NCBI GenBank assembly: GCA_010015805.1
Contig: ML978124.1
Span: forward strand, 2,480,001 to 2,544,000
DNA length: 64,000 bases
Origin: Rhizodiscina lignyota
Taxonomy: Eukaryota
Direction of reading: 5' to 3'
Numbering within the stretch: position 1 is the stretch's first letter; each line of letters opens with the position of its first letter. Below are positions 33,505 to 46,850 of this stretch, piece after piece. A program made the position numbers and the translations under genes. A model generated the notes under the pieces. The model searched no databases, had not been told where the DNA came from, and saw nothing but the letters and a program-made list of their open reading frames with translations.

Positions 33505-35568
33505 ATGGAACGCGAGAGTAATTCGCAGTATCAACCTTCCCATGATCCGCCTCGCACAAGGACTAGACGTGAGTTCAACACCCAGAAACTTGAGACACAT
33601 CTTAGTCTACGCCTACTCCTGCTGCAGATTCTCTCAGATTTCTATACACGGGACATAACTTTTTGACGTGGGAGTCGGCAACAGGACCCGTTACGGACTA
33701 TAACTCGACGTTGCTACAGTGGGTGCGAAACAGAAGACCTGGCTACGCTGGGAGAGTACCACTAGAAGCCGAGCGTCCGAGTCCTAGTTATATTGTTGAT
33801 GTACCTTGTGCTTATTCCTCCATTCGTCATGAGGCTGACATGCTTAGCTTCTTCCTCCAATTGCTCGAGATGGCAACGCAGTTGACAGCATCCCTGCACG
33901 GTTCTTGCACTCTTCTTTGAACAAGATCAAACACCCAGTCAATGTCGTCGTATGGACCCCTGAGGGCCGTCGGCTACTCACAGCCTCGTCGAGTGGCGAG
34001 TTCACGCTATGGAATGGCATGGGGTTCAATTTCGAGACAATCATGCAGGTATGATCTAAGCATACTCCTTGGTGCGGCCATACTCCGGGCTCACTGGTCA
34101 ATAGGCGCATGAGAATGCAATTCGAGCCGCAGTCTACTCTCACAGCAACGACTGGCTTCTGTCTGCAGATCAAGATGGCGTACTGAAGTACTGGCAGCCG
34201 AACTTCAACAATGTCAAAGCGATACAGGCGCACAATGATGCGATACGTGGAATCGCATTTGCTCCAACAGACTCAAAATTCGTCACCGCCGCTGACGACT
34301 CAACTCTTAAGATCTTCGACTTTGCTGGGGGAGCTGAAGAGTTGACGCTCACAGGTCACCAATGGGAGCTCAGGTCTGTCGACTGGCATCCGACAAAGGG
34401 ACTCATTGCATCTGCATCCAAAGACCATTTGGTGAAACTCTGGGATCCAAGGAATGGTCGATGTCTGACGACGTTGAGCGGGCACAAGAATCACGTGCTC
34501 AAAGCAATCTTTGAGCCAACGCAAGGTCAACTACTCGCTTCAGGTGGCAAGGATCATATCATCCGAGTATTTGACTTGCGAATGATGCGAGATGTCTTCT
34601 TGTTGCGCGGCCATGAGAAGGATGTTAACACACTAGCGTGGCACCCAGTACACCGGAATCTACTCTCCTCCGGCGGTGCTGATGGCTCTATTAATCATTA
34701 TCTCCTTGATGAGCAGAATGCGCCAGCGGGCAGCTCTATAACAATATCCCCCTACGACAGTCCTGATCCTCAAAATGCGCCGGCACAAACCCTGTACCCT
34801 GCGCACACTATTCCATTTGCGCACGATTTTGCGATCTGGTCGCTCAACTGGCACCCGCTCGGACATATCTTCGTCTCGGGATCTAACGATCGTGTTACTC
34901 GATTCTGGACGCGACCTAGACCGGGAGACACTCACTGCTTCAATGATAGATATCACATTGGCCAAGCAGCTGCAGAGGCGCAAGGGACATATGATAGACG
35001 AGACATGCGCAGACAACAGCGTGAAGAAGAGGAAATGGAGGCAGAAGACGAAGCAGAGGGACTCGTGGACCAGAAGATGCCCGCCAAACAGCCCGGATTA
35101 CCTGGCTTGCCCGGCATATCGCTACCAAGCGACGGCACCGGTGCTGCTCAACTGCCGGGCATTGGTGCAGCTCCTCCGCTACCTGTACCACCAGCAATGC
35201 CACCCATTCCACCGCCCATAAATCCGGGACAGCTGCCAGACTTTGCGAAGCTTGCCGAAATGTTCGGAGGACAAGTCCCATTCCCACCGCCTGCAGGTGT
35301 ATCTGGACATTTCCCGCCTCCACCAATACCGGGAGCACCGGGACTGGTGGGTGCTCCTCCTCCGCCGCCGCCCAATCCTACAGTGCTGCCGCCAGGATTT
35401 CAATTTCCCCAGGGGTTCCCGATGCCTCTGCCGACAACGAACATTGCACTGCCTGAGGCCAACGGCGATGCGAACGCTAATGTGAGAAGACGAATACCAC
35501 TGCCTAGTCAGCAAGATAGTCTCAAGGAAGAGATGAGACAGGGCCGGTATAAGCGGCCTAGAGGATGA
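33505..35568 (+). CDS. PFS2: Polyadenylation factor subunit 2 (WDR33 orthologue), WD40
   Basis: [77 protein letters not shown] and [17 protein letters not shown], with a Pro-rich tail. Three introns. Confidence 0.95.
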
Positions 35569-36153
35569 TCCCTGTTTGTGGCGTGCGCTAGTGATGGTCG
35601 ACCGTCGTAGAGAACGAAGAAGCTGCTGTGGGGAAGGAAAAGCGCCGGGCGCTTACTCTAGGCGTTAATACGGTTTCACTAGCGATACCCAGATCCATGA
35701 ATACTCTTGATTGGGCTGTAACTTGTCCATACACGAGCTGCGAACTCTGCATGCGACGCCGCCATTGTGGTTGCTCAATACAGTCTAACATACGAAGAAC
35801 ATTTCAAATCGTCCCAGTAACTTGGTCGTTCAAATAAGCTCGCGCCTAACAGGCGAACGGTGCTAAGCTTTCGAGTATGTTGTACAGGTCCAGGCTACTG
35901 CACGATCTGAAGTTCATCCCCACAGCCAACAGCCTATGCGTCTTCCCACCCGTCGATTGGGCCACTGGACACCATCGAGCATCGTCCTACTTCAGCGGCA
36001 ATTCATCCATTGTCTTCTCTATGCCTCCACCATCTCACTTATTCTGTTCTTGCCCTTCTCTTTCTAAACTTCTAATGAAGCTGTCGAGCACTCTGTCAAA
36101 GCAAACCACTCTACCACGAAGTCGAACGCAGCACAACGATCTCATCTGCAGAA

Positions 36154-36879
36154 ATGGCTGAACAGGCACGCTCCTCTGCAATTACCATTCCTGCCACTAA
36201 GGAAGCGATGGGAGCAAAGCCCAAAGTCCCCCAACACAATATCTGCGGCTGCCTTCTCGCTTCTTGTGACGAAATTCACAAAGTACAGATCAAGATCAGC
36301 ATGTCGATATCTCCTCCTTCATCTCCTTCCGTGACTGGCTCGTTACGGCCGGCCCCGCCGCCGTCGCCATCGTTCCCGTCGCCATCTTTACCCACAGCTT
36401 CAAGTGCAGCGCCCCTCGAGACGCCAAGTGCAATCGACGTTCCAGAAGTGCCTCACAATTCTCTCACTTCTGACCATGAATCTGACTCCTCGATCTACGA
36501 CGCTCGAGCCGTTCCTATTATTCCCAAGAGGGACGAGACCAGTTTGATCGTTCTCGAGGGGGAGAGGCTCGACTGGATTGTTCTTCTGGGAGGAAATCAT
36601 GCGACTCCTACGAAGCATCGCCAACGCGAAACGATGGTATGCTCGCCACAGGGCTACGATACGGGCAGAGGGGGATACCAGAATGTCGAGTCTCTTAACC
36701 GTCGCGTCCTACCTCCGGAAGGACATGTCGATGCTGCCACGAAGCTTCGTCGTCGCAAGGCGAAGTTGTATGTGCCAGAGTGCGAGAATCGTGACGAGGA
36801 AGGAGAAAGGATCTTGTGGCTTGAATGTCCTGTGTGTGCAGTGAGTGTGCGACGACAACTCGCTGGCAGACGTGAGTGA
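36154..36879 (+). CDS. Hypothetical protein (241 aa, P/S-rich)
   Basis: ATG-initiated ORF in otherwise empty space, in good context (gaaATGg). No recognisable domain. Confidence 0.4.
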   Translation: MAEQARSSAITIPATKEAMGAKPKVPQHNICGCLLASCDEIHKVQIKISMSISPPSSPSVTGSLRPAPPPSPSFPSPSLPTASSAAPLETPSAIDVPEVPHNSLTSDHESDSSIYDARAVPIIPKRDETSLIVLEGERLDWIVLLGGNHATPTKHRQRETMVCSPQGYDTGRGGYQNVESLNRRVLPPEGHVDAATKLRRRKAKLYVPECENRDEEGERILWLECPVCAVSVRRQLAGRRE

Positions 36880-38076
36880 CGAGTGACTACAGTGACTACA
36901 GCCCTGAAGGGTGTAAGGCACAAGGCTGGTGATGGCGTAAATGGACATGAGGCATTATGGACACGGGCGTAAAACATGTATTGACGGAGTTGCGAGGTCA
37001 TTGTAGGCATTCTAACTTCGATCGAGCTGGAGTTAGAGCATTGTGTGGAAACCTCCTTCGCTATGGGCTTTTCTGTCTTGTGAATATCGTATTTGGATGT
37101 CGCACAAAACATATAGGGCTCCCAAGGGGAATCAAACAGGTGTGCGGCGACCACAGGCGCTTTGAGCGTTGGGCCTCTTCCCCTCTTGAGCTACGGAATT
37201 GCGCGAAGTGGAGACATAAACTATTGAAAGTGTTTTTAATTCTGCATTCCCTCGAAGTTGTGGAATGTTTGTGAAGACCCCTAGCCAAATCGAACCGCTC
37301 CTCGACTCCCCTGTGGGCGCTCCCGCAAATGCGGCCTATTCTTTAACTCTCTCCTTATCCACGAGCTCCTAGAACGATATTTCGGCTGTGCGGAAGCTAT
37401 GGCGATCGTATCTTCACTACTCGCACCTTGTTTAAACACTCGCCTCGCCTCAACCCCCTTTGTACATATCGTACGGGAGGTGGGCCGCTAATGGGGTTGG
37501 AGCTCAGTCATCATATTTCTGTCGATTTTGGGATCCAGCGACCGAAGTCCTGTACATATGGTACGACTTAATGCTGGGAATCTGATCTTCCCAAGCTTGC
37601 TGAGCTGACGCAAACCGCGCGAGTGGATGCTCTCTATAATTCAACGCAAGCTTGACGGCAAGGCGCAGCTGGTGCATCGATGGCACAGCGCACATACCCG
37701 TCCTCTTCTCCACACACTGCGCGTTCTGGGTCACAGAAAGATGAAGATTGATCGGTTCAGCTCTCCGCCTACATGGGCGACAAAGGACGACAACGAAGCG
37801 AAATACTAAGCCAACCCTCTCCTATTTGGACAAATAGTAAAGGTAGACATGACTTTTAATCGAACATATACTTAAGCGGCAACAGGATCATCCAGCTATA
37901 CGCGTAAAGCTGTGGAGAACAAAGCCTGCGCACGTCGAGCGGAGCTCACAAAGGTGCCTCCCTGTCACATCAAACCGCTGTGTCGCACTGCGTACAATAG
38001 GTTGCTAACTCCCTCTGACAGTTCCGCCTCATACTTTTGGCATCGTACATAAACATACCGAAAGGACACTTCTCTC

Positions 38077-39448
38077 TTACAGCCTCGCACGCGAACTTCC
38101 GCTGCCGCTCTCGCCCTTACCCTCGCCTTCGGAGCCGACCTCAATGCGCATTCCAGCATTCCGCAGCCGCTCAACATACTGCTCTCCAAGGGTTGCAGGC
38201 GTAAGGAATCCACCGCGCAGCTTCTGCGCCCAGTTCTCCTTGGAAGGATCAGGACGAAGCAAGACCATGGCCGCTTCCGACATCAGCAGACCAGTTAGGT
38301 AATACATATCTCCACTATAGGACATGGTGCATTCTGCCGTCTGGCGAGAGTTGGAGTCGGAGGTTGCGAGAGCCTTGACTTTGATAAAATGGGAGGAGTG
38401 TTGGCTGGGGAATGTGTCAGCGATGATGCGCATGAGTACATATCGGAAGGCAGTTGAAGATAGGGAAATATACGCACTCTTTCGGAGGGCCTTCTCCAGG
38501 CTGCTTTACTAGCTTCTTCAGCAGCCACCGCAGTGGTTTGAACAGAAGTGCTACCACCGCGGCTGCGAAGCCAAAATGGAAGACGAAGGCGGAAATTCTG
38601 CTCTTAGTGCGCATCCAGGACGAATAGGTGAACTTGGGGCCGTAAAAAGCTCCGCCGTCGAGTAGACTCCAAGTTCGATAGACAAGTTGCCGATCCTGCA
38701 CTCCGCAAAGTGAATCGGTGAGTAAGCCCAGGCCAGGAAAGCGGAAAGAACCGAATAGTCTGTAAGATAGGGGCTTCAAGGGCTTCGCGGCTTGTGGCCT
38801 AGAGAGAGCGAGCGAAAATGGACTCCTCGATTGTCGGAGCTGAGGGACAGAGTACGAATCCATGATAGTGAGCGCCGAGAGTAATGTCCCACCACTCGTG
38901 TCGCCTCTGAGAGCCTGGATCGAGTGCGTGAGCTGTGCCACTCCTGAAGAGTATTTGCTTCTCATGTGGCTCGCGAGTAAGTACGCTGTAACGTCTGCAG
39001 GCGCAGATTCGATGCCGCAGAGCGGAATGAGGATTGCTCCGCTCGCTTTGGCCGTCTCGTGATATTTCTGCACCGCATGGTAGACCCAAGGTGTTTCTCC
39101 AGTGCAGTCGATGTAGTGCGTGCCCGCCTTTGCGCAGGCTTCAACAACAGGTGTGCCATAGAGATGGTAGGGGCCGATGGTTGTGATTATGACGCGTGCT
39201 TTGCGGGCCAATTTATCTAGGTCCTGGCTTGACAGCTCCGCAATCTCGATTTCTGGAGACTTCCGATCTGCATTGAGAGACTTGAGATCATCGACGACAG
39301 CTGATAGCTTCTTCCAATTGCGTCCTGCAACTGCCCACTTGAGATCGGTGGGCAAATGCTGTGTGATGTACTCTGCGCAAAGTTTTCCCGTGAAGCCCGT
39401 GGCCCCCAGGAGAATGAGGTCATACTCTGGACTCGCGTTCACAGCCAT
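38077..39448 (-). CDS. Saccharopine dehydrogenase-like oxidoreductase (SCCPDH family)
   Basis: Rossmann motif YDLILLGATGFTG, then WAVAGRN, GPYHLYG, HYIDCTGE, CGIESAPAD, SGGT and PGEGP. One intron near 38404-38478. C-terminal GGFLTPATLG. Confidence 0.9.
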
Positions 39449-40095
39449 GACTTGAACAGATAAGCGTGAAGAAGGACAGTGCAGTCGAAGTCGAGGAAAG
39501 CAGTTGACTTAATAGGAGAAGAACTTGGAGAGCGTGAAGATGGACCAAAAAGGACGGGAGCACATGCGGCGGAGGCGAAGGCGAATGTAACGGGAACACC
39601 GAGCCATGGCTCATATTGGGCAGGAGCTCCGTGGTGGACTTACGGCCGTGTTAATAGAGCTTCCTACTTGGTGTTTATCGCTGGGAAGTGTGTGAAACAC
39701 TTGAAGAATCAACTCCTGAGAGACAAAAGCAGCGAATGAGGCGACAGCAGCTCGACTCGGTCGGCATTGCTCGCGTGCGTCAGGCTCGGCGTGAATATTC
39801 GCCTGCAGCTGGCCGTAGAAGCTTCTCGGTACCCGTCTGACTAACGCACGGGTACCCTCGCACCCAAGCCTTGCCGCCAGCCAACCACAGCGCTCGCTGG
39901 CGGCGGTGCCTGTCTGTGACTTCACTGAACCTCATGTTCTGTGGGGAGTGCCACTACACGCCGCAGCAACACCGACGCCGCGGGTGAATGCTTTCTTTGA
40001 ACAGAGGCTCCAACGTACATGACTTTCTTTCTTTAATCTTCCAGCCACCTCTCATCCTGATCCACAACCGCGACAGGCTGAGAATTCTGCGCACC

Positions 40096-43000
40096 ATGTC
40101 AGAGCCACTTTCAGACGCGGAAAAGGTACAATCAACACTGCACGAGATAGTAAGATATTGCCTAACATACAGTTTAGATCCGCAACAAGCGCCTTGCGAA
40201 GCTTGCTGCCAACCAGGATTCGACGCCTACACCTTCGCCTCAATCTCCAGCTCCAGATGCTTCATCCGTTGCTGAATCACCGAGCTCCGCGCCTGCTCAG
40301 CCCGTACCACAGCAACTATCCTCCGAACCTGTCAAAACAGACTCCACGCCATCACCGAACCCTTTCGCACAGCTCGGACTGAGGCCTGAATCTGCGCAAC
40401 CGGTGCAACAACAAGCTCCAGCTCCGCAGCGAGCGCAGATCACTATCACCCCTCTGAAGCGCGAAGCCGAACGTTCGAGCTCAAGGCCGAGATCGAGACA
40501 AGGTCGACCAGGAGAGACGTTGGAGGAGTGGGAGGATCGCACACTCGGCGCCATCTTCAGAGTGACTGTGAAGGAAGATCACACAAAGGATAGTCAAGGC
40601 AACAGGCTCTACTACCTGGAAGGATTGAAATCAGACCTGGAGGATGGCAGCGATGGGGCGCCTCCGAGACTTGCAGTGGCCTCGCTGGACTCTGCGATCC
40701 TGGAAGCTGCATCGAATGCGCCAGGTAGAAAGGTTCTCGACTATCTCTTGAGCTGCTGGAAGCGTGTGACGAGACTGGGGCGTACGTTGCGAAGCTCAAG
40801 CACAGATGCTGTAAAGCAGAACATTGTTAAGGAGGCAAAGCGACTATGCATGAGCTATTGCATTTTTGCTGTCACCGATCCGGACATGTTTGGAATCGAA
40901 TCCTCAGATGTCAACCCACTGGCGGAGCACCTACTGGTGGATCCCGAGGCCGACCATGGCGTCTGCTTCGAATTTCTCTCCGAAGCGGTGTCGCGACTAC
41001 CGGAAGACGAAGGTGCACGAGATGCTCTGGTCGAGGCGATGATTCAGTGCAGCCGACAGCTCTCAAAGATCAGCATGGATGGGGACTTTAGGCCGTATAT
41101 GATGGTAAATAAGTTTGAACGCTTTCTGGACAATGCTTATGCCTTCAGGCCCTTCGAAACTTTGTGCAACATCAACCATTGACAGACGCCCTCACGAAGC
41201 ACGAATATTTCTTGCCTCAAGATATAGCACCTCAGGACATCGAAACCAACTCGTTCCTTGGGCCTTTCTTCAGACTCTCGCCTTTGCAGAGTGAAGTGGC
41301 CAAGAGCTATTTCATGGGTACTCAGTCGCAGCCCGAGGGCGTTATTCGAAATGCGCAGAAGTCACTGCGGATGGCATTGTCTACCCACCAAGACGAGCTG
41401 ACTGACATTGTTAATTGCATTGTTAAATCGTCAAAAGAGCCGAGATTGAGACTCCTGGACTGGTTTGCGCTTGCCGTGAACTCGAATCACAAACGAAGGG
41501 CAATACAGGTTGATTGGAAATCTGTCTCTACCGACGGTTTCATGATCAATATTACGGTAGGAAAGCCTTTTCAAACGGTAAATTACAAATGCTAATCCTC
41601 AAAAGACAATTCTAGATCGTCTTTGTGAACCTTTCATGGATGCTACATTCGCAAAGGTCGATCGAATTGAAGTGGACTATCTGCGACGGTCGCCTCGTGT
41701 CAACATCAAGGACGAGACGAAGATCAACGCAGACCAGAAGACTTCAGACGAGTTTTACGCGCACGCCTTGGAAGGCACGAACAACTTTATATCTGAGGTC
41801 TTCTTTCTCACAGTGGCTGCACACCACTACGGCACCGAAGCTGCTAATTCTCAGCTGTCCACAAAGGAGCGACAGGTCAAGAATCTTGAAAAGGAGATTG
41901 TGAAAATGGAAGCGGATCGGCATAAGTTTGTTCAGGTATGTCAACACATCGATAAACTTTATGGACAGATCTTCTGATACAATAGGTTTCTAGAATCCGG
42001 CGCAGTTGCAGATGTTCGACCGAGCCGTCAAGAAATACAAGGACCAGGTTGAACAAAGCCGCTACGAGATACGAGCGACCCAAGGCGTTCTCCTTGACGA
42101 GGTCACGCAAGCTCGGTCTATGCAATTGATGCGATATGTCATTGTGTGGCTCTTGCGGATTGCTTCAGGCAAAAATTTGCCCAAGGAAACTCTAGAACTT
42201 CCGCTTCCTGAGAAACAGCCAGAAGTCTTTCGAAACCTGCCGGAGTATTTCATGGACGACATTGTGGACAACTTCAAATTCATCACGCGCCACATGCCCT
42301 GGATCATCACAAGCACTCAATGCGAGGAGCTTGTCATGATCTGCATCACGTTTCTGCGTAATAGCGAGTACATCAAGAATCCGTACCTCAAGTCTGGCCT
42401 GGTTACCATTCTCTTCCATGGCGTCTGGCCCATTCCAAATAGAGCGAAGGGTGTTCTCGGTGATCTACTGAATGCATCTCCATTCGCATACAAGCATCTG
42501 CTGCATGCGCTGATGAAATTCTACATCGAGGCTGAGAGCACTGGCACACATACGCAGTTCTTTGACAAGTTCAACATTCGTTACGAGATTTTTCAGGTGA
42601 TCCGGTGTATCTGGACAAATACGGTCTATCGGGATAATCTCGCAACGGAAGCGCGTGTCAATACTGAGTTCTTCGTCCGCTTCGTCAACCTCCTGCTGAA
42701 CGACGTGACATTCGTGCTCGACGAGTCATTTAGCGCTTTCAAGACCATCCACGACCTCACTGCTGAACTTGCTGCCGCGCCTGCGGACATGGATCAGACC
42801 GTGAAGCAGGAGAAGGAAGAAGCTCTTGCGGGTGCGAAGTCCAAGGCAAAGGGTTACATGCAGCTCACCAACGAGACCGTCTCCATGCTGAAGCTCTTCA
42901 CTGAAGCGCTTGCTGACTCGTTCACTAAAGCTGAAATCGTCCAGCGTCTCGCAGACATGCTGGATTATAACCTCGACGCCCTTGCCGGTCCGAAGCAGAA

Positions 43001-43583
43001 GGAGCTCAAAGTTGAGAATAAAGAAGAATATGGCTGGCGTCCGCAGGAAATGCTGAGCGACATTATGGACGTCTACCTCAACCTCCGTGAGAAGACGGCC
43101 TTCCATCTCGCTGTGGCGCGTGACGGCCGCTCCTACCGCGACGCAAACTTTACTAACGCGGGAAACATCATGCGTCGTTTCGCACTCAAGTCCCCCGAGG
43201 AGCTCCGCCAGTGGGAAGCGCTCGCGAGAATCATTGCCAAGACTAAAGAGGAGGATGACAAGGCCGAGGAAGATCTAGGCGAGATTCCGGACGAGTTCCT
43301 CGACCCGCTCATGTTCACGCTCATGGAGGACCCTGTCATCTTGCCCAAGAGCAAAGTTACTGTGGATAGAAGCACGATCAGGAGTCATCTGCTGAGTGAT
43401 CCGACCGATCCGTTCAATCGTGTGCCGATGACTATTGAGGATGTGATGGAGGATACTGAGATGAAGGCGAAGATCGATGCTTTCAAGGCGGAGAGGAGCG
43501 CGAAGAAGGAGCAGATTGTTGCGGAGAAGATGGAGGATGTTGTTACTGCGCAGCCTGGTGGCGATCCGATGGATACGTCGTAG
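40096..43583 (+). CDS. UFD2: Ubiquitin conjugation factor E4 (U-box)
   Basis: MSEPLSDAEK|IRNKRLAKL, FLGPFFRLSPLQ, STDGFMINIT, NFISEVFFLT, KNPYLK, FFDKFNIRYEI and FVNLLLND. U-box: IPDEFLDPLMFTLMEDPVILP..DPTDPFNR. Four introns. Confidence 0.96.
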
Positions 43584-43867
43584 AGACGCTGTCTTTGCGT
43601 GGTAAGCTTTTCAGTTGAGCAGCGTGAAAGGCATCTGCACCTGCATGCACGGCGCAAGGGCTTTGGATTTTCTTTTCGGGCGGATTAGATGAAGATTGCA
43701 TGAAATTGACGACGCATGGTGCGGCCAAGCGCTGTGTGAATGCATGCGCGTGCATGCAACTGGCTCTAGCGGATAGAATTTTTTTTTTTTTGAATATAAT
43801 GAACACTATCAGTTGTGCAAAAGCATCGTATTCAGTTCACAGTGAACTCATCATAGGGCGAACTTGA

Positions 43868-45670
43868 TCAGCCGTTCACCATAACAATACCCGCTGAACT
43901 CTCACCTCCATTTGCCGTTGTAGCTAGCCTCGGGGGCTTCCAATCAAACAAATCAAATGCTTCCGTGCTCCACGGTCCCATGTCAGTGTCTTTCTTGGGC
44001 TCTCCCTTTTTCTTCTTCCCGGTGCTGCTCGGTTGCTTCGACAACTTTGACTTCTTCGCAACGGGCGTGTTGCCCACATCGGTTGTGCTGAGTGATTTGT
44101 TCTTTGATAGCGGTGACTTCTTGGACCGTTTTGCGGGAGGTTCTGCATGCTGTGCGGGCGCATCCAAAATTTCGATATCCACGCCAGAGAGCATTTCCGA
44201 TTCAACAGATATTGCATCGTTGGTGGACTTTACACGGCGGAAGTTTCGCGCAGGCGGATGCGGCTTGCCATCAGGGGTTAAGGCAGCAGCCCCTTTCCCT
44301 TTCTTGCTCGTCAAATTGGGCTGCGTTGCGGGCCTCAGCCGGCTTTGACGGATCTCCGCCTCCATATTGGCAAATTCTTCGTCTAGATCAGCGAGAGTAA
44401 GCTTTTTTTTCTTTCTCGGTTTGTTGCTGGGTACGATCTCCGAAACCGTGTCGTGAGCGTCAAGCTCTAATGCCATTCCGCTCTTGCGTATGGGTGCATC
44501 AGCGCAGAGCAGCATCCGCCGTGGAGCTTGCTTGACGATACGAAGAGGTTTCGGTTGGGATTTCCTCTGGGCATCTGGCCTGTGCTGCTCATGAATCTTA
44601 CTCTGGGGCTCTGGATTCTGTGCTTCCTTTGTGATTCTCTGCGGTTCCAAACGTTCTTCCTGGGTCTTGTCCTGGATCTTCTCTCTCCGATTATTCTGTG
44701 TCTTTCGACGCGATTGTACCAAGTCATCGGGATTTTCTCTCTGTGGAATTAGTAGAGGATCGGGAGTTGGACTTTTATGATGTTCCTTGTGCGCCGGCGG
44801 AGAGACTGGAGCCGGTCGTTGTGGAGGATGCATGGGAGCTTTTCGTGAGAGCTTTGGCACCACTTCTTGGACAGCTGGAGGCGTTGGTGGGATCGTGATA
44901 TCTGAATGGAGCTCGTCGCAGTCAGAGGTAATGTCAACGAGGCCTTGAACTGGTGAGGAAACTCCATCGCGAGCTGGTTTTGCACGTCTTGTATCTGCTG
45001 CCTTGGCCCAGAGCGGCAAATGCTTCTTTTGCTTAGGTGTTAGGTTCGTTGTAACTGCATTATGACCCTTAGGGGGAGCATGAGTTTGCAGCTTCTGTCT
45101 CTTCGCAGCATGCTCCTCTGGTACGTTCTCTCTGTCTTCCTGCCTGAGTTCATACGGCGACTTTGTAGGTAGCACTGCCTTTCCATGTAGTCCCTTTCGC
45201 GGCCCTAACAGCGCATTTAATGACTTGTGACGCGGCTGTGCCGTCTGAACGCTTGCCGCGCTCGTTGCAGTCAGCGCCACCCTCGACGCCGTCGCGACGT
45301 CAGTCGGTGTCTTCTCTGGGGTCGCATTCCCCTGATTCTTCCGCTGGAACAATGGACTGATATCCGTCTGGAGTGTCAAAAGCGCCTCTCCGACTTCCAC
45401 GAGCGCTCCTCTGTCCAATGTCAACTCATCACCCTCCGCCACAAAGCCTTCTTGCTTCAAGTGTTTATCACCGATAAGGCCACCCGTGTCATCGTAGACC
45501 ATAATACGCCGATTGAAGGTATGGAAGCGAAGGACGCCATCCTGCCATCGTTTCTGCTTGCGTCGTATGTCGTGCGTGTAAAGGCAGCGGAATTCAAGGA
45601 CAGGCGCGGTATTCTGAGTTGGAGGGACCGTGTAAGCTGTGCTGCTACGTGCGATTGGTGCGCTCATCAT
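43868..45670 (-). CDS. DUF2439 domain protein (Mte1/Dbl2/ZGRF1 N-terminal-like)
   Basis: N-terminal EFRCLYTHDIRRKQKRWQDGVLRFHTFNRRIMVYDD..EGDELTLDRGALVEVGE, a long basic disordered region, and C-terminal GPWSTEAFDLFDW. Confidence 0.85.
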   Translation of the reverse strand: MMSAPIARSSTAYTVPPTQNTAPVLEFRCLYTHDIRRKQKRWQDGVLRFHTFNRRIMVYDDTGGLIGDKHLKQEGFVAEGDELTLDRGALVEVGEALLTLQTDISPLFQRKNQGNATPEKTPTDVATASRVALTATSAASVQTAQPRHKSLNALLGPRKGLHGKAVLPTKSPYELRQEDRENVPEEHAAKRQKLQTHAPPKGHNAVTTNLTPKQKKHLPLWAKAADTRRAKPARDGVSSPVQGLVDITSDCDELHSDITIPPTPPAVQEVVPKLSRKAPMHPPQRPAPVSPPAHKEHHKSPTPDPLLIPQRENPDDLVQSRRKTQNNRREKIQDKTQEERLEPQRITKEAQNPEPQSKIHEQHRPDAQRKSQPKPLRIVKQAPRRMLLCADAPIRKSGMALELDAHDTVSEIVPSNKPRKKKKLTLADLDEEFANMEAEIRQSRLRPATQPNLTSKKGKGAAALTPDGKPHPPARNFRRVKSTNDAISVESEMLSGVDIEILDAPAQHAEPPAKRSKKSPLSKNKSLSTTDVGNTPVAKKSKLSKQPSSTGKKKKGEPKKDTDMGPWSTEAFDLFDWKPPRLATTANGGESSAGIVMVNG

Positions 45671-46850
45671 CTCAGTATCATTGTTGGGCTTCTGGAAGAT
45701 TCAGTAGTATCGCCTTATTAAGTTGTGACGTGATTTCAAGGTGGAGGTGGAAGTTGTATGTGCGCGCGACGCGCCGCGAATACGAAGACGCACGCCATCA
45801 CGTGAGTGTGACTTGAAAGTTACTCAACTCCAACCTGATATTTCTTTAAAGAGTGATCTTGAGCAGAATTCTCATTTAGTAGCTCTGCATTACATGTTCT
45901 CATTGAATGCTCACTTGTAAATAAATTGCGGAGGATCTCTAGGTAGCGGATCATATCGGGCACCAGGCTGGCACTGATGAATATTCTGCACGTTCGCCTA
46001 CTGAATGTAACACTGCAGATATTACCTTCGTACTGCATACCGCACAGCCCATCAAGATGGTTCACGAGTCCATTGAGAAGGCTGGAGCGACAAAAGCACT
46101 GCTACGCCCTACAGCATTACAGAGGCGTTCGCATGGCCACCTTGTTCGCACAGTTCCCGCCTTCTGGCATTGAAACGGCACTTCATACTTTGGATTGCCG
46201 ACCGACCTTATGATCCATCAAAGAAAGAGCTTCGACGAGAAGACGCAAAGAGCTGCGTATGATGCGGTTCAGCCTCCTCCGTAACATGACGCCCCTTTTC
46301 ATAGCGTGCCAGTCCAAGTTCGTCTCGGTATATTTTTGGCCCCATTGCGGTGTCTCCGACGCTCAAATATTCAACATTCGCGGCGAGCATATCAAATGCG
46401 ACTTCTCAATTCCTGCTGTTTAATATTGGTTTTCGGGCTGTGCAGAACGCGATGTCCACCTCACGATCTCCCTGCAGGCTGCAGTTATCTCAGCCGTACG
46501 CCTTCTGCAGCACGTCGTGTCTTCGACCTCGCCTCTCATTGGAGGTGGTGGATATGCAGCTTTCGACACGCCCGCCCCATTCCGGGGAATCCGCTGATAT
46601 TGAGTTGTGCCTGTGGGAAGCACTTGATAGATGTTGCGCGTGCTTCTGCCACAGAGGTTTTGCCTTACAAGCCTCACTACGATCTACTAGTGTCTATCTA
46701 AGAAAGCTGCACGAGGCCAGCCTTCAATTCGAGAGATGTTAAGTATATTGCATGTTGGCCCTCACAGCATTAGCTCTTTCTTCTTAATTATAATGTCGAG
46801 TCTCGCCTACCAAAGGATTTATTTACGCAAGGATGGGTCGATCGAACTAC

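Noticed and set aside
36870..38000. Short agtgactac duplication and small ORFs between the hypothetical gene and the SCCPDH-like gene
   Set aside because: Too short or unstructured to support a repeat element, CRISPR-like array or gene.
45820..46750. Overlapping 60-130-aa ORFs
   Set aside because: No consistent strand, motif or splice model; possibly decayed coding DNA but unsupported.
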